DNA of 64,000 nucleotides, taken from positions 52,080,001-52,144,000 of the forward strand of contig OX597825.1 in NCBI GenBank assembly GCA_951406725.2, written 5' to 3'. The notes beneath the pieces were generated by a model, which was given only the letters and a program-made list of their open reading frames with translations, searched no databases and was not told the DNA's origin. Positions 1 to 12,705 of the stretch are shown here, piece after piece. This DNA comes from Octopus vulgaris (Eukaryota). The translations under genes were made by a program, and so were the position numbers. How positions within the stretch are numbered: the stretch's first letter is position 1; each line of letters begins with the position of its first letter.

Positions 1-1220
1 TCTTGGAGCTGGTGATGTTTAGGCTACCTTTACTAGGTCTTTCCTTGATTATAGAGTAGGCAGTCAATAATAAATCTCTGAACGAGATGTAAACAGTTCA
101 GAGATTTATTATTGCTTGCAGACAGTTTTTCGAAATCAGAGTAGGCAGTGCTATCCTAAAAAGAATTTTCAAATTACATTGGATGTTGCCAGACATCCGA
201 TGTAACTTGGATGCCTGGCAAAATTCAATGATGACTGAGCAAAGACCAGTTGTTAATCCAAGCCCCACTCCTATACTGAGTTTATAAATGCAACTTTGTT
301 GTCACTTGTTATTGTTAGTTCATGATTCATCCTTCATTGAAGGAGCTGTGAGAGAAAAGAAAATTGAAGACATTCCTCTCAAATGTTTTACGTGTGTATT
401 ATGATGAGGGAAGTCATAGCTGAGGGGAATAGTTCCAACCTCTTCACCTTTAATATTAATGTACATTGATATGAAAACCTTTATAAATAGTTGTCTCGCT
501 GGCTGCAGGAGATAGCAAACAAAAGATTAATAAAATTCACCACATTGACTTCTTAGGACTCTGGCACTGGGTATAAATTAGGGTTTACCCTCTTAACTCT
601 TCTGAATGGTGAGTAAAACTGCAGGGCCATGGAAGTTTGCAATACGAGTTTTACTTCTTTTAGGTGAACTGTTAGCCAAAACTAATGACACCCATTTACC
701 CAAAGTCTCCGGTTTTAATATGCCAATGGCTAGCCTTCAGCTTAGTTCATGTAACAGGAGACAGATCCTTCATGCACAGGTTAGGATTGGACTACAGTTA
801 TGAGAGGCTGAGTCACAAATCATTGAAAGCATTTTATAGAGATGATAATGAAATCCTATCCTTAATAGCACTGGCAGATTTGACACCTACACATACATAC
901 TCACATCCACACACACACAAATATATATACACATTTATATTCTTTAATTCCAAACATTTTCAAAACACATTGGTACATTTCCAAAATTGTCTAAATTTAG
1001 AAATCATCAGTCAATGATTCCTTCACTAGAGAGAGGGAGGAGAGAGGGAGAGACAAAAGAGGAGGATGAGAGTGAGATAGGGAGGAGTGAAGAGGGTATG
1101 TGAATAAAGTCAGGGGAAGAAGGAAAAATGGCAGGAAGAGAAAACTGGGAATAACAAGATCTGAAAAAGATAAACATCAATAGAAGAACATGTAACAGAA
1201 GTTAAATTATAACGATAGTA

Positions 1221-1306
<86 letters not shown>

Positions 1307-1439
1307 CGTGAGGAAAGAGAAAGAAAGAAATAAGTAATAAAGAAAAGGTTAGGGGATAGGGAGCAAAAGGTGATTGCTGAAGAGTGGTTAAGCAGAAACA
1401 CTAAATACTTCTGTGAATGATGAATAATGATACATGCGT

Positions 1440-1474
<35 letters not shown>

Positions 1475-1589
1475 CACGCACAAACAACAACAACAACAAA
1501 TTCCATCTGACCCATGGAAGCATAGAAATGTGGATATTAAATGATAATTATACATATATATATATTTATATATATATATATATATAAGC

Positions 1590-2180
1590 AAAGTAGCTAG
1601 TCATAAAATCTCAAGAAGAGATAGAATAAGTAACGTATACTAAACAGTAAATAGAGATGCCACATCAGAGTGGCAGGTGAATGGTACTACTAGTTTAACC
1701 CCAGGCAGATTCTCCGCCAGGTGGTTTTCTGTGTGAGCTCTGCACCCTTTATATACAATATATCGCTAGCAGGGTGAGTGAACCCTTACTACCCTCCAGC
1801 AGCTGACAGGATCCCAGGACCAGCCAGTTTTGAGCTATTTGGCTCACATCAGCCACGTGCACCTGCACAGTGGAGTGATAGCTAAGATCCACTTCTGCCA
1901 GTGATATACTGTAAACAAAGTGACCATCGGTCATTGATTTGCAAGAAACAAAATAGCTAGTTATAAAATCTCAGGGAAGAGATACAGTAGTAATGCATAC
2001 TAAACAGTCCTGCAATCCTGTCAGCTGCTGGAAGGTAGTAGAGGTTTGCTCCCTCTACTAGTGATATATTGTATATAAAGGGTGCAAAGCTTGCACCGAA
2101 AACCAGCTGGTGGAGAATCCGCTTGGGGTTAAACTAATAGTAGCATTCATCTGCCACTTTGATGTGGCTACTCACTTTAC
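1590..2180. mobile_element. Penelope-pLTR/retrozyme-like non-autonomous element: minus-strand ~360-nt monomer plus partial repeat, followed by an inverted copy
   Basis: Direct repeat at a 360-bp period (TAGCTAG at 1594 and 1954). Arm ~1657-1820 is inverted against ~2007-2175. Hammerhead motif on the minus strand. Starts right after a (TA)n tract. Confidence 0.75.
1815..1855 (-). ncRNA. Degenerate type-I hammerhead ribozyme
   Basis: Minus strand reads UGG CUGAUGU GAGC-caaaua-GCUC AAAA CUGGCUGG UC CUG. Most departures from consensus (CGAAA>CAAAA, ACCGGCCGGT>ACTGGCTGGT) fit CpG decay. Confidence 0.65.
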
Positions 2181-2980
2181 TTTATATGTGCGTGTGTGTT
2201 CGCTTGTCAATTGCAACCTATCAGGACATTAAAGATTTGTTTTCAGTAGTGAAGGTTTGTGTAGGATCAACCACAATATTTGGAAATGCCGATAGCAAAA
2301 AGTTAGTGCAAATGTTTTCCCCAAACACAATGACCATCAGACTGTAGGATTTTTCTATTACAGTTCTCCATCTTCTGTCTTTCTTACCTTTACCATGACT
2401 TAGAGTCTAACCTACTCTGGCTGGTCAAATCTGCACCTGGGTAGCAAACCAGAAATTTCTAAGTCCTCACAAAATACACACAACCTCCATCCCCAACCAC
2501 CACCACATAATTTGCTGTTCTGTTAAGGTGAGATCAACAAAATGGTATTCCATCCATTGAGAGATGAATATCATTTAATGTTCAGAGTATTAAAACAAGA
2601 GCTATCAATAGTTTCTTGCCATTAAGACACTTGTTAGGCAGGCTGTTTTCTCATAGTTTCTCATGTACCAGTATCCTAATTTTCAAATAGATCAAAACAT
2701 GTGTTCAGAGCCCAAAGAATGTTTGGAGACAAGGCACATTATGAAAACCTGTTCAACCACATGTTTTAATGACAAGAAATGATTAGTAGTGCTCATTTTA
2801 ATACTTCGTACATTAAATGATACATACATACATATACATATAAATATATATAAGAGATAATGGTGTCATTGAGACCCAAAGGTGTCAGGTAATACTGAAT
2901 AAATGCTATAGACAAACCATAGTTAAGTTCCAGATTCGGTAATATTGTGAATAAAGGGCTCAACATTGGTTCTATGTCAA

Positions 2981-3292
2981 CGTAATGAGATAAAAAGCCA
3001 AGGCTGTATAGATATTAGAGCATTTATAGATAGAGGAAGGTCTTACAACTGTTTCCCAGGATATTGATTAATAATATCCCTTCATCGGAGATGGTGTGAG
3101 AGGAAAAATTAAGTCATAGTTTGTTACATCTATTTTCTTTCCTCCACCTTACTCTCTATTTCTATCACATCAAAACTAAACACCATCTTTGATGAAGGGA
3201 TATTATTAATTAATATCCTAGAAACAGCTGTAAGACTGTCTATCTATAAATGCTTTAATATCTATACAGCCTTGGTTTTTTATCTCATTACG
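2981..3292. mobile_element. Inverted pair of hammerhead-bearing pLTR-like fragments
   Basis: Arm 2981-3097 is the reverse complement of arm 3180-3292. Both arms contain a hammerhead core. Confidence 0.75.
3186..3235 (+). ncRNA. Type-I hammerhead ribozyme (mutated core); mirror copy at 3041-3091 on the minus strand
   Basis: UCU UUGAUGA AG GGAUAUUA-uuaau-UAAUAUCC UA GAAA CAGCUG UA AGA. The mirror copy has CCGAUGA, so the two together imply an ancestral CUGAUGA. Confidence 0.7.
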
Positions 3293-3306
3293 CAAAAATT
3301 CATATA

Positions 3307-3586
3307 CTCTTTTACTTGTTTCAGTCATTTGACTGCGGCCATGCTGGAGCATCGCCTTTAGTTGAGAAAATCGACCCCAGGACTTATTCTTTGTAAACCT
3401 AGTACTTATTCTATCGGTCTCTTTTGCTGAACCACTAAGTTATGGGGACGTAAGCACACCAGCATCGGTTGTCAAGCGATGTTGGGGGACAAACACAGAC
3501 ACACAAACATATACACATATATATACATATATACAACGGGCTTCTTTCAGTTTCCGTCTACCAAATCTACTCACAAGGCTTTGGTC
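3307..3586 (-). mobile_element. SINE family A (tRNA-headed, ...TGACTGAAACAAGTAAAAGAG tail), partial
   Basis: Shares the TTTTACTTGTTTCAGTCATTTGACTGCGGCCATGCTGGAGCA tail with many other copies in the window. Confidence 0.85.
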
Positions 3587-4689
3587 AATATATATGTATA
3601 TATATATATATATATCAATTGCAGGATGTTTGTGTATAATGACTAACACATAGATTTCCACAATTCTCAACCGATTTTCGCCAAACTTTACACAGACATT
3701 ACTTATGTTCCAGCAATCATTATGCACTATAACATTTTACCCAGAGCTCCCACGTAAATATTTTTTTGTATGTAGGGTTTTCCATATTTTAAAATATTTT
3801 TTGTCTATGTATTTTCGTTGTCCACTTAAAACGGTGATTCAATTGACTAGGAACACTGTATGCGATGAACATCCAATACCAAACTATCTTAATCTACATA
3901 TTTAAACTGCATTAAACTTTGGCAAGCTTACCTTTATCTACTCTGAGTTACTTGAAAGGTGATGTTCTCTTCACTGTCTTCTATTTGCTTATATCTTTGT
4001 TTACCTTTGATACCATTGTTTCATTTTAAGGATGCTTATTTACTCATCCATTATATTGTGACTGTTGTTCGTTGTTTCAAATACATTATAATATTGTTGT
4101 TCTAGCCCTTTTTAAACAATCACATGATTTGTCCCAAAGAATCAACCTTTACATAAGAGTTTTGCTTCCACAAGCAAAAGCTATTCATATCTTTTAGAAA
4201 GCTCCACATCAATTTAATGCTATGTGGCATTTGCTGTTAGTTTATACACAGGCTAAGTGGAAAGACAATAAAGGGGCTTTTGTTAGCTTATCTCTCCGAA
4301 AAAATAGCTCCCTTTGCTGTTGTATAAAATAAACTTGCAGAGGAGAAGTTTCAACAGCTTTCTTCAATTTCCTTACACCATTTATGCAACTGTTTCTGTC
4401 AAGAAATTTCACTTTCATGTAAAACAACTATATTTTGTAGCCATTATCCATAATCTACTCCCAAAACACTTCAGTAGCTCTACTTTGCATCACTTGCAAA
4501 CTTATATGCTCTATGATCATTGAAGTGCAATGACCTCCACAATAACCAGTTTTCAATTTCATTTTCTGTTCCTAGTTTAATCAGAAGCATAGATTGCTGT
4601 ATTACTCATAAACCTTCTCAGTAGTACAGTTATTTGGTAAAAAAAATACTACCAAAACAACTTAAATTGTCCAAAGGATGGATGCGTTT

Positions 4690-4743
<54 letters not shown>

Positions 4744-5056
4744 GTATATATGAATGTATGTATGTATGTATATATCATGTAACAGGATGGCTGCTGACTC
4801 TTCATTTTGAAGGGTGTTTAAAAACCACCCTACACTCACCAAGCAGGCTTGGTAGTGATTAAATTTCTCCTTAGTATATGGCTGGTCATTTAAAAATCCA
4901 TCATTAAAGAAAAACAGATGATCTCTCTCTGTAAACTCTATATCTCTTTAAGAATGAAAATACATATATATAGGTATTTGAAGGTGTGTGTGTGTGTGCA
5001 ACTGAATAGTGTTCAATGCAAATAAAAACATATATATATATATATATATACATATT

Positions 5057-5306
5057 GTTTTATTTGTTTCAGTCATTTGACTGCAGCCATGCTGGAGCAC
5101 CGACTTTAGTTGAACAAATTGACTCCATGATTTATTCTTTGTAAGCTTAGTACTTATTGTAGCAGTCTCCTATGCCAAAGCGCTAAGTCACGGGCATGTA
5201 AACACACCAACGTCGGCTGTCAAGCGATGGTGGGGAGACAAACACAGACACACAAACATATATATATATTTATATATATATATGTATATATAAATATATG
5301 TGTGTA

Positions 5307-5339
<33 letters not shown>

Positions 5340-5932
5340 GGCGCAGGAGTGGCTGTGTTATGTAGCTTGCTTACCAGCCACATGGTTCTGGATTCATTCA
5401 CACTGTGTGGCACCTTGAACAAGTGTCTTCTACTATAGCTTCAGGCCAAACAAAGTCTTGCAAGTGGATTTGGTTGACGGAAACTGAAAGAAGCCCATCG
5501 TATATATGTGTATATATATATATGTATGTTTGTGTGTCTGTGTTTGTCCCTCCAACATCACTTGACAACTAATGGTGGAGTATTTACGTCCCCATAACTT
5601 AGCTGTTCAGCAAAAGAGACTGATAGAATAAGTACTAGGCTTACAAAGAATAAGTCTTGAAGTCGATTAGCTTGACCAAAAGTGGTGCTCCAGCTTGGCC
5701 GTAGTCAAATGACTGAAACAAGTAAAAGAGTGTATATATATGTGTGTGTGTGTGTGTGTACATATGCAACGAATTTCTTTCATTTTCCATCTACCTAATC
5801 TGCTCACAAGGCTTTGGTCAGCTTGAGGCTATAGTAGAGGACACTTGCCCAAGGTGCCATGCAGTGAGACTGAACATGGAACCACGTGAGTGGGAAGAAA
5901 GCTTCTTACCACACACTGCTATGCCTGCACCT
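5057..5932. mobile_element. Nested SINE family A copies: full plus-strand copy 5340-5730 inside a minus-strand copy (5057-5260 and 5770-5932)
   Basis: The head GGCGCAGGAGTGGCTGTG...GGTTCTGGATTCA has A/B-box-like motifs and the shared tail. The two flanking halves belong to one minus-strand copy split at its internal microsatellite. Confidence 0.8.
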
Positions 5933-6001
5933 GATGCATTCTGTTGCATTCAATAAATTAATACATAATTACTATTAGTTTCATATTTAAATTAAAATAT
6001 T

Positions 6002-6387
6002 AGGTGCAGGCATGGCTGTATGGTAACTTTACTTCCCAGCCACATAGCTCCGGGTTCTGTCCCACTGCATGGCACCTTGAGCAAGTGTCTTCTTTATAGC
6101 CTCAGGCCATGTGGGTGGATTTAGTTGACAAAAGCTGAAAGAAGCCTGTCGTATATATATATTGTGCCAGTGTCACGTAAAAAGCACCCACTACACTCTC
6201 AGAGTGGTTGGCATTAGGAAGGGCATCCAGCTCTAGAAAGCTTGCCAGATCAGACTGGAGCCCGGTACAACTTCTGGCTTGCCAGTCCTCAGTCACACCA
6301 TCCAACCCATGCCAGCATGGATAGTAAATGTTAAATGACAATGATGATGATGATGATGATGATATGTATGTATATATCTATATATAT

Positions 6388-6427
<40 letters not shown>

Positions 6428-6655
6428 TGTCTGTGTGCGTCTTTATGACTGTGTTTGTCACCCAACATTGCATGACAACCCGTGTTGGTATGCTTATGTC
6501 CCCAGCAACTTAGTGGATCAACAAAACAGACTGATAGAATAAGTACCAAGCTTAAAAAAATATGTACTGGGGTCCATTTTTGTTCATCTAAAATTCTTCA
6601 AGGTGGTGCCCCAGCATGGCCACAGTCTAATGACTGAAACAAGTAAAAGATAAAA
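6002..6655 (+). mobile_element. SINE family A interrupted by a family B (GAT-tailed) insertion at ~6165-6362
   Basis: A head 6002-6155, then a B segment AAAAGCACCCACTACACTC...(GAT)n, then the A tail ~6430-6655. Confidence 0.8.
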
Positions 6656-7019
6656 GCTAGAAATAAGTAAGTTATAACATCAGCAAGCTTCCATAAAGGT
6701 TTACTTTACGACCTTCAACAAAGTTATGACCTTATGGTGTATATCATTTGCCTCTAACAAAGTATATTATCTATTTTTACAGTATACTTGTACTCTATGT
6801 ATGTTCTTTTATTTAGTTGCAATGTACTTAGCTTAAATTTAAAGAGTATATTTGTTTATTGTATGCAGCTTGTACATCTTGTGTTATTTAACTTAAATGA
6901 GTGTAAATAGTTAATGTGATATAACATATAGTAATTCCATATAACATAAAGTCGTATTTGATAAATTAATCTCATTGATAGATGTTTTATGATATAAAAC
7001 TGATCTGTAATGTCTGGTA

Positions 7020-7625
7020 CTGTAATGCAATCTAATGTAATGCACAATATAGTAGTGAAGTGTTTTATAGTGATGTATAATGTAATATAGTGCAGGGTAC
7101 TATTGTGTTGTATAAAGCAATGAAATGTAATGTAGCTAAAAGTACTCTAATATAGTACAGTTGTGAAGGTGCATGGTTGTGAGTTTGATTCTTAGACGGG
7201 GCTGTGTTTCGCGTTCTTGAGCAAAACACTTTATTTTTCTTGCTGCCCCAGTTCACTTAGCTGTGAAAATGACTTGTAACACCACTAGTGTGAAAATGTA
7301 TCAGCCTTTGCTTTTCCCTTGGACAACATCGGTAACAAATAAACAGACTTTCCCCCTCTAGGTGCAATCTCATGGTCATCCATGACCAAAGATGGTGGCG
7401 GTGGGTCGTTACATTTTTTTTCATAGTGCAGTGTTTATGAAGTATGAAGCAATATAGTGTACAATATTCTAGTGAAATATATTGTTATGCATGTGTGGTT
7501 TTGTGTAGTATAGTGAGTGTAATATGTGATGTATTGTCGTGTAAGGCAGTGTAGACTTCTGTAGTGTACTTTAGTGTAATATAGTGTACTGTAATGCAGT
7601 GTATAGGTTATTTTTGTATTGTAAT
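7020..7625. repeat. Degenerate pentamer satellite (GTAAT/TAGTG-like) with an old SINE fragment at ~7165-7330
   Basis: Recurring 5-mers. The TTGAGCAAAACACTT block is shared with the copy at 50878-51130. Confidence 0.55.
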
Positions 7626-7865
7626 CATATTTGATAATTCGATGCTTTTAAACAACTTGATTGATAACTTCATATCCAATTAGAAATATTGAACAATTGC
7701 GTTAACAACACCCTCGTAGCATAGAACAGGCTGATGAGGGAGAATATATATCTGTGGTAAATACAGTCTTGGCTGTGGGCCAACTATTTGGGCACTTTGC
7801 CAATAAGCTGGTTATATAAAGAACTTTAAGATATATATATATATGCACATTCTCATATATGTGTA

Positions 7866-7907
<42 letters not shown>

Positions 7908-7948
7908 CAACCAAGTACACACACATATATATATATATCAATATATTG

Positions 7949-7953
<5 letters not shown>

Positions 7954-8001
<48 letters not shown>

Positions 8002-8077
8002 TAATAATAATAATAATAATAACAATATTAATAACAATAACAACAACAACAACAGCAACAACAACAACAACAACAAT
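7954..8077. repeat. (AAT)n/(AAC)n microsatellite
   Basis: Seen directly in the sequence. Confidence 0.95.
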
Positions 8078-8299
8078 AGTTTCTGCTGTATTAACCACAA
8101 GGGCTTAAAGAGATAGAGAAAAGACAAAGAAGCGTTAAATAGGGTCATAGAAAGGTATATGGGGAGGGACAGACGTGTTATTCAGAGATGAGGGGTGAGG
8201 TGATAGACATTATCCAATATATAATGGGACAAATTAAAAATTTGTAGAAAAACAAATATTTATATGGAATAAATAAAAAAGACAATCATAATGAAATGT

Positions 8300-9525
8300 A
8301 ATAATTAAAACAAGTCATCTATGTAAAATTTAAATGTTCACTTGCATTGATGAGAGAAACCCTCCTGACTAAGTATTCCCTCAATTTTTCTTGTATTGTT
8401 CTTAGATGGATATTTCAGAATCTTCCATACAGAGTTGATAGACAGGTAAGGGTCTTTATCATCTGGATCATTTACTTGTGATGTCTATCCTAAATTTATT
8501 CTATTGTTCTAGTAAATGTCATTTTTATGCTGTTTAAAGCACGATCTCATGCTCTTCTCAGCCTGAAAAATTCCTTGGGTACAAGAGCTGTAATTGGGTT
8601 TTGTTTGTGCAGTGAGGTGCTGTGAATTTCATTTCATATAAGGATGCTGGTTCTTCAGTATAAGGTGAGTTCTTCTTCAGCAGAGATTGTCTTGTCTTCA
8701 CAAGTGTGTGTACCCCTCTTGCTTCTTTACTGCATTGTATATTTTAAAATCTTTATCATTGGGTCTTTTTCCTGGCCTTTTCTCTTCACTTCAACCATTG
8801 TCATGTCTCTATCCTCATAAACAAATGGGATGGTATTGCTATGAGGTATGCTTCCTAGTCCTTAGTTCTTGTTGTTACTTTAGGTGACAGCCTTTTTCTT
8901 CCGCTGTTGGAAAATATGGTTCTCATGGTTTGCTCGTGGCACTGAGAATAGAGCAATTTTATTATCTTATTTACTGACTCACAGTTGAATCTGGGGTTAC
9001 GTTAAAACTAGCAACTTTCATGATCTTCTTGATGTTGTTTCTGCTCTTTCAGGATTTCTCTGAAGAAAACCTTTAAATGACCTTTAAAGCCACATGTATA
9101 GTGACTGGGTTGTTTACTTTGCATGATTGGTATTAAGTCCTTCTCCTCGGCACCCAATAGAGGACTCAGTTTTGGTATTATTTTCTGGTCTTGCTGGGTC
9201 ATGAGAACTTGTATGTTCATGGTGTCCCATTCCTGAAATCAAGTTGCCTAAAATTATGTCTGTGCTGACCCCGTGCCCATTATGTATCATGAAAAGGACA
9301 ACTAGTCATGGGTCTACAGAGTCAACAATGTTTGTGATAGTAATCTTTGAGTTCTTCCTTCCCAAATACTGTGGAACCAGTTTTCAGGCAGATATATAAT
9401 GTACAATTCGACTGAGGTGAGTCATTCTAAAGATGACTCATATGGTGCAGTAAGCCCTCCCTTTCCAAATAAAATAAATTTCACATAAAATATCTACTAG
9501 GGTTATTTCCAAGTCTTCCATAAAT
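8300..9525 (-). pseudogene. Heavily decayed Penelope-like RT/GIY-YIG coding remnant (tentative)
   Basis: Minus-strand translated fragments ILCEIYFIWKGRAY, QPSHYTCGFKGHLK and ASEHL occur in the order expected for PLE motifs (NYF.F.G..Y, HP....KGF.K, SEH). Many stops and frameshifts. Confidence 0.35.
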
Positions 9526-9564
9526 GGTAAGAAGAAGTAACTTCATTATTAATGTCTTCTATGA

Positions 9565-9782
9565 AGGCAACAAGCTGGGAGAATCATTAGCATGCTGGGC
9601 GAAATGATTAGCATTACTTCGTCTGCCGCTACGTTCTGAGTTCAAATTCCACCAAAGTCGACTTTGCCTTTCATCCTTTCAGGGTCGATCAAATAAGTCC
9701 CAGTTATGCACTGGGGTCGATATAATGACTAACCCCCTTCCCCCAAAATTTTCAAGGTCTTGTGCCTAGAATAGAAATAATT
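9565..9782 (+). mobile_element. SINE family C (tRNA-like head; central CCTTTCATCCTTTC.GGGTCGAT domain resembling MetaSINE/Sauria-type cores)
   Basis: B-box-like GAGTTCAAATTCC. Near-duplicate at 9928-10140, fragment at 14465-14560. Confidence 0.75.
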
Positions 9783-9927
9783 AATGCCTTCTATTGTTCT
9801 CATCAAAACTCTGTATTTTAAGTGTCTCCTGTATTTCAATCCTAGTTTCTTCTCACTAATCAATACTTTTCTGCAAACAATTGTGTACTACAAAAGTATG
9901 ATCCTGGTTCAATTAAGGACATTAAAG

Positions 9928-10140
9928 TGGCGAGCTGGCAGAAACGTTAGCATGCTGGGCAAAATGTTTAGCAGTATTTTGTCAGTCTTTACGTTCTGAG
10001 TTCAAATTCCACCAAGGTCAACTTTGCCTTTCATCCTTTTGGGGTCAATAAATTAAAAAGCAGTTGTGTGCTGGAATCGATCTAATCGACTGGTCCCTGC
10101 CCCCAAAATGTTCAGGCCTTGTGCCAAGAGTAGAAAAGAA
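9928..10140 (+). mobile_element. SINE family C, second copy
   Basis: GGCGAGCTGGCAGAAACGTTAGCATGCTGGGC...GAGTTCAAATTCC...; aligns with 9565-9782. Confidence 0.8.
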
Positions 10141-10749
10141 TATTTGAAAGACATTATAAAAAAACATCATCAAGCTCTTTATCAGCCATCATTGCTGTTC
10201 TGAGAAGGAACATAATTATTATCATTCTGAGAAAGAGCATAGTAATTGGCCTCTTATTTTATGAGGCTTCTTTCTTCTTTTACTTTGGCAGTTCTTCTAA
10301 CAGTTTAACAACTCTTTCTTGCAATTGCCACCCTTTCCTTAATTGTATGTTGAGCTACTGTTGCTGCTCATTTATGTTATGAAAATTGGGGATTGCTTCT
10401 GTTGTTTATAGTTGTGGGCCATCTTTACCTCACTGTCACTGCAGATCATGGACTTGGGAGCAGATCATTTGGCACCTTAGCTGGCTCAAGGGCCTATGTT
10501 TGTTTCTGTGTATATAAGTGTGTGCATGTGTATATGTGCATATAGATATGCATATACATATGTATGTTTATGTATGTGTGTATGCATGTATGTACATGAA
10601 TATCTGTATGCATGTATGTGTGTGTATGCATGCATGTGTGTGTATGCATATATATGTACATGAATGTCTGTATATGAATATGTGCGTCTGTGTGTATGTT
10701 AGATATTACAGTCCATCAAGACTACCAATTTTGTAGCATAAAATAAACA

Positions 10750-11030
10750 GGCGAAGGAGTGGCTGTGTGATAAGTAGCTTGCTTACCAACCACATGGTTC
10801 TAGGTTCAGTCCCACTGCATGGCACCTTGGGCAAGTATCTTCTACTATAGCCTAAGGCCGACAACTGCTGCTGGTGTGTTTATGTCCCCGTAACTTAGTG
10901 GTTCAGCAAAAGAGACCGATAGAATAAGTACTAAGCTTACAAAGATTAAGTCCTGGGGTCAATTTAGTCGACTAAAGACGGTGCTCCAGCATGGCCACAG
11001 TCAAATGATTGAAACCAGTAAAAGAGAGAG
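10750..11030 (+). mobile_element. SINE family A with an internal deletion
   Basis: Head and tail are present; the middle microsatellite block is missing. Confidence 0.85.
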
Positions 11031-11226
11031 TACCTGTTTCATATTTTAGTGAAGACTCGTTAGAGACTGTTTAGTTCACCTTTCAGTTGATGGAATTTAG
11101 AAGCAAACAGCTTTTTGTCATATAAAATAGCTACGTCAGTTATAATGTTGACAGTTTTAATATTTAAATACATATCAACATAATATGGCCTATGAACATA
11201 TATATATGTATGTATGTATATATATA

Positions 11227-11328
11227 ACGGGAAGCTTTATGAAAATAAACAAAAGACGAAGGCAGGTGGAAAACAAACGAACAATTGTATTAGTATGGCG
11301 CTCAGGAAATATAAATAAAACAAGTCTT

Positions 11329-11330
<2 letters not shown>
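11227..11330 (-). mobile_element. Short pLTR-like fragment embedded in (TA)n, similar to 32865-33060
   Basis: GTATTAGTATGGCGCTCAGGAAA resembles GTATTATTGGACACTCAGGAAA at ~32924-32945. It is truncated before the hammerhead. Confidence 0.5.
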
Positions 11331-11382
<52 letters not shown>

Positions 11383-11800
11383 TATATATATATATATATC
11401 TATATATATATATGTGCGAATGTATACCTATTGTTGTGTTTCAGGATGGTCGTTTTATCTTTTTTTGGGGGCCAAATAATCACACACACACACACACACA
11501 AGGACACAAATGCATGCACACATAAGGATACACATCTTATAAGAACAGAATGGAGTAAGTGGAGTAAGAACACACATGGAAGCAAAAAGTGTTGCTGAAG
11601 GGGTCACAGATGTGTGACAAAAGATTTCCGGACAATGGACATAAAACAAATAAGAACAGTAATAAACACATGAAGACAAAAAAATATATACATAGTGCAT
11701 GTGTTTATTTGGCCAAAAAAAAAAATAAAATAAAATATCTGTTTCAACACACGATTTCACATTAGGAATCTTGCAGAATGAATGTATACTTAGTTATATG

Positions 11801-11854
<54 letters not shown>

Positions 11855-12026
11855 AGTGTATGTATACATTAGTATATGCATGAATATGTTTATTTCTATG
11901 TACTGAAAATTGACCTCGGAATATTGCATCTCATGGAAGAGATGACAAACAACAGAGATGAATGGCAATTTGCTGTGCTTGGGAAGATGTGTCCACCTAA
12001 GTAAAAATGAAGCCTGAAAGCATATA

Positions 12027-12705
12027 TCAGATCATTAAGAACGAAATGTCCAATTTTCTTATGCACCAAGTTTGACAGTTGTTAAATCTAATGTTTTGTC
12101 TTGACAATTCTTTGTTTTACAACATTAAAGAGTTACATCATCACTTTTCAAAATGCAATTCATGGTGTCTAATTATATTGTGAGTTTTCTCTTGTAAATC
12201 ATCCTCTCCAGCTTCATGAGACCTGGTAAATAAATTATAGCAGGTGTATACATCAACCAGTTCAATGAAATGATGAGAAAACTTGCAATTAAACGACCAA
12301 GATTGGTCAATAGAGACAGACTAATTATCTTACAAGACAATGTTTGACCAGATGTTGCACAAAGAATGCTATTCTAGTTACAAGAACCTAACTTAGAAGT
12401 AGTCTGTCATCTGTCTTATTCACCAGACCTTGCACTAACTGACTATCATGTTTCCCAGGCATCAGACTAATTTTTGCAAGATAAAATCTTCAAATCTGAA
12501 GAAGATGCAAAAACAGCCTTTCATGATTTCATCACTTCTTGCTCTCCAGAATTCTTCACTGCTATCATAAATAAGCTAGCGATAAAATGGCAAAATTGTG
12601 TTGATAATTTAGATGCCTAATTTGATTAACTGGATTGCTTTTTGTTGAAATAAATTAAAATAAATTTTCAGTTCAAAATTGGACATTTTATTCTTAATGA
12701 CCTAA
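12027..12705 (+). mobile_element. Internally deleted mariner (Mos1-like DD34D) element
   Basis: TIRs TCAGATCATTAAGAACGAAATGTCCAATTTT / AAAATTGGACATTTTATTCTTAATGACCTAA flanked by TA. Translation gives LQDNV*P..., YSPDLALTDYH, FLQDKIFKSEED and KWQNCVD. Confidence 0.9.
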
